Source of the DNA: an uncultured Elusimicrobia bacterium
Lineage (GTDB): Bacteria; Elusimicrobiota; Elusimicrobia; Elusimicrobiales; UBA9959
NCBI GenBank assembly: GCA_903867985.1
Contig: CAIPTO010000106.1
Location: 30,373 to 94,372 of the forward strand
Direction of reading: 5' to 3'
Length of the DNA: 64,000 bases
The notes beneath the pieces were generated by a model. That model worked only from the letters and a program-made list of their open reading frames with translations, was not told the origin of the DNA and ran no database searches. Position numbers and translations under genes: made by a program. Below, piece after piece: positions 62,857-64,000 of the stretch. The stretch's first letter is position 1. Each line of letters opens with the position of its first letter.

Positions 62857-64000
62857 ATGGCATCAGGCAAATACATTATAAGCGTGAGTAAACCGCTTTC
62901 AATACAATTCCTTTCGTACGTCCTGGCAGGCATATTGCTGGGAGTGTTTTCCGCATCTGCAGCGGCCGGCCAGCGCAAGGCGTCAGTCAGGCTTTCCCCA
63001 TTGTCCGATTCGCTCCGGAAAACTGGAAAGGTCCCCGATTCTGCGGCCCGTGACACCTTCCGTGCCTTCGCAAAAAAAACAGGGACGAATGCCTGGCGCG
63101 TGAGATATAGCCCGAAAACCGCTCTGCCGGAAGCCCTTGTCGGCGCAAAAACTTCAGGATATGCCGGAACCCCGGCACAAGCCGCCATCGCTTTTTTGAA
63201 TGACAATAAGGACCTGCTTAAAATTGATGTCGATCAGCTGCGCCAGGCTTATTCCAAAGTTTTTATGGGCGTCACGCATATCCAGTACGAACAGGTCTAT
63301 AACTCGATACCGGTAGAATTCGCCTACGTCAGGGTGCATGTCGGGCCCTCAGGGGAGGTGACCGGTTACCAGGCAAAATTCGAGCCTGATATCAATGTCC
63401 GTCTCTCTCCCGCATTCCCCGCCTCTTCCGCGGAAAATACCGTGCTATCCGATCTGGGTTTTTCGGCGCGGGTAACAGATAAGACTTTGGTCCTTTTTCC
63501 GGACCAGGCGGCAGACGGCGCATTAAAACTGGCATGGAAGGTGCGCGCCCGGGCCGCCAATACCGCAAGCGGCGTCTGGGTATATTATGTCGGCGCCGAG
63601 GACGGCAAGATACTTTTCAGCTACAATGACCTGCGCTACGCCTGCCCCGATAACACCAAATCCACGGGCACCGTGAAGGGGTCGGTCTATCCCATCTCAC
63701 CGGTGCCGACTGACACCAGTCGCACCATAACGCGTGAATCCTGGACTCAGCCCACGCCCAATACACCTATCGACAATCAATACGTATGGGTCACCGGCGA
63801 TCTGAATTTACCCACAAAGGCTACTACTGCGGCCGGAGAATATTGCAATGCGACCGCAGGCAAGGTGTTCGCTTCGCTTAAGGGACCGTATTTTTCCGTG
63901 GTCAACTTTCGCGGCCCAAGCGCCCATTTTGATAACGGCGGCGGAACATGGCGCTCTGTTTCTACCGCCGTGACCAGCCCGATTCCTTACGCCAATTCAA
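62857..64000 (+). CDS. Secreted protein, N-terminus resembling a thermolysin-type propeptide (FTP + PepSY-like); 3' end beyond the window
   Basis: It is not in the ORF track because it has no stop in the window. I translated it by hand from the ATG at 62857 with no stop to 64000. The signal/anchor is LSIQFLSYVLAGILLGVFSASAAAG. The FTP-like segment is VTHIQYEQVYNSIPVEFAYVRVHV. The PepSY-like segment is LVLFPDQAADGALKLAWKVRA...VWVYYVGAEDGKILFSYN. Confidence 0.5.
   Translation, partial: MASGKYIISVSKPLSIQFLSYVLAGILLGVFSASAAAGQRKASVRLSPLSDSLRKTGKVPDSAARDTFRAFAKKTGTNAWRVRYSPKTALPEALVGAKTSGYAGTPAQAAIAFLNDNKDLLKIDVDQLRQAYSKVFMGVTHIQYEQVYNSIPVEFAYVRVHVGPSGEVTGYQAKFEPDINVRLSPAFPASSAENTVLSDLGFSARVTDKTLVLFPDQAADGALKLAWKVRARAANTASGVWVYYVGAEDGKILFSYNDLRYACPDNTKSTGTVKGSVYPISPVPTDTSRTITRESWTQPTPNTPIDNQYVWVTGDLNLPTKATTAAGEYCNATAGKVFASLKGPYFSVVNFRGPSAHFDNGGGTWRSVSTAVTSPIPYANS

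Noticed and set aside
62580-63206. 208-aa ORF on the - strand
   Set aside because: It overlaps the tRNA-Arg gene and the heptad repeat region. It runs antisense to the better-supported open-ended + strand gene starting at 62857.

Overview
This is a gene-dense 64-kb chromosomal segment with about 58 protein genes and 1 tRNA. It comes from a diderm, LPS-producing bacterium. An uncultivated Elusimicrobiota-like lineage is only a guess from gene content. I saw no integrase, transposase, CRISPR array, rRNA or obvious prophage. Layout: (1) 1-17.8 kb, + strand: two tandem Wzy_C/O-antigen-ligase-like TPR membrane proteins and a secreted double-OmpA-like protein. These are followed by a type IV pilus / T2SS-like cluster: PilM-PilN fusion, PilO-like, PilP-like, secretin, PilB/GspE ATPase, PilC/GspF platform, four prepilin-type proteins and an MA-clan metallopeptidase. 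No PilD or PilT is present. (2) 18-28.7 kb: uvrA, nadB and a mixed block (UPF0104-like membrane protein, gamma-CA-like, CheY-like receiver, HhH-GPD glycosylase, TPR protein, secreted FN3-FN3-HAD protein). (3) 28.7-45.9 kb, mostly - strand: a large LPS region holding lptC-lptA-lptB, kdsD, kdsA, pyrG, kdsB, a heptose kinase, gmhB, lpxK, GT9 heptosyltransferases, a deacetylase, an ICMT-like methyltransferase and DUF3108. It is interrupted by a SulP-STAS-cNMP transporter. (4) 46.1-50.4 kb, + strand: a two-gene island inside the LPS region, encoding a small CTD-bearing secreted protein and a 1199-aa tail-fibre-like repeat protein. (5) 50.4-62.3 kb, - strand: waaA, DUF374, an unknown gene, secF, secD, yajC, tgt, queA, spoIID-like, ruvB, ruvA, ruvC and yebC. 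(6) tRNA-Arg(UCG), then a partial secreted protein with a protease-propeptide-like N-terminus. The most unusual signals are noncoding. First, at least six gene junctions are filled by inverted arrays of 7-nt-period repeats that start at or next to the upstream stop codon. Second, a ~190-nt repeat is present in 2 copies plus a half copy, and base changes between the copies preserve predicted helices. All protein family calls come from reading motifs by eye; no searches were run.
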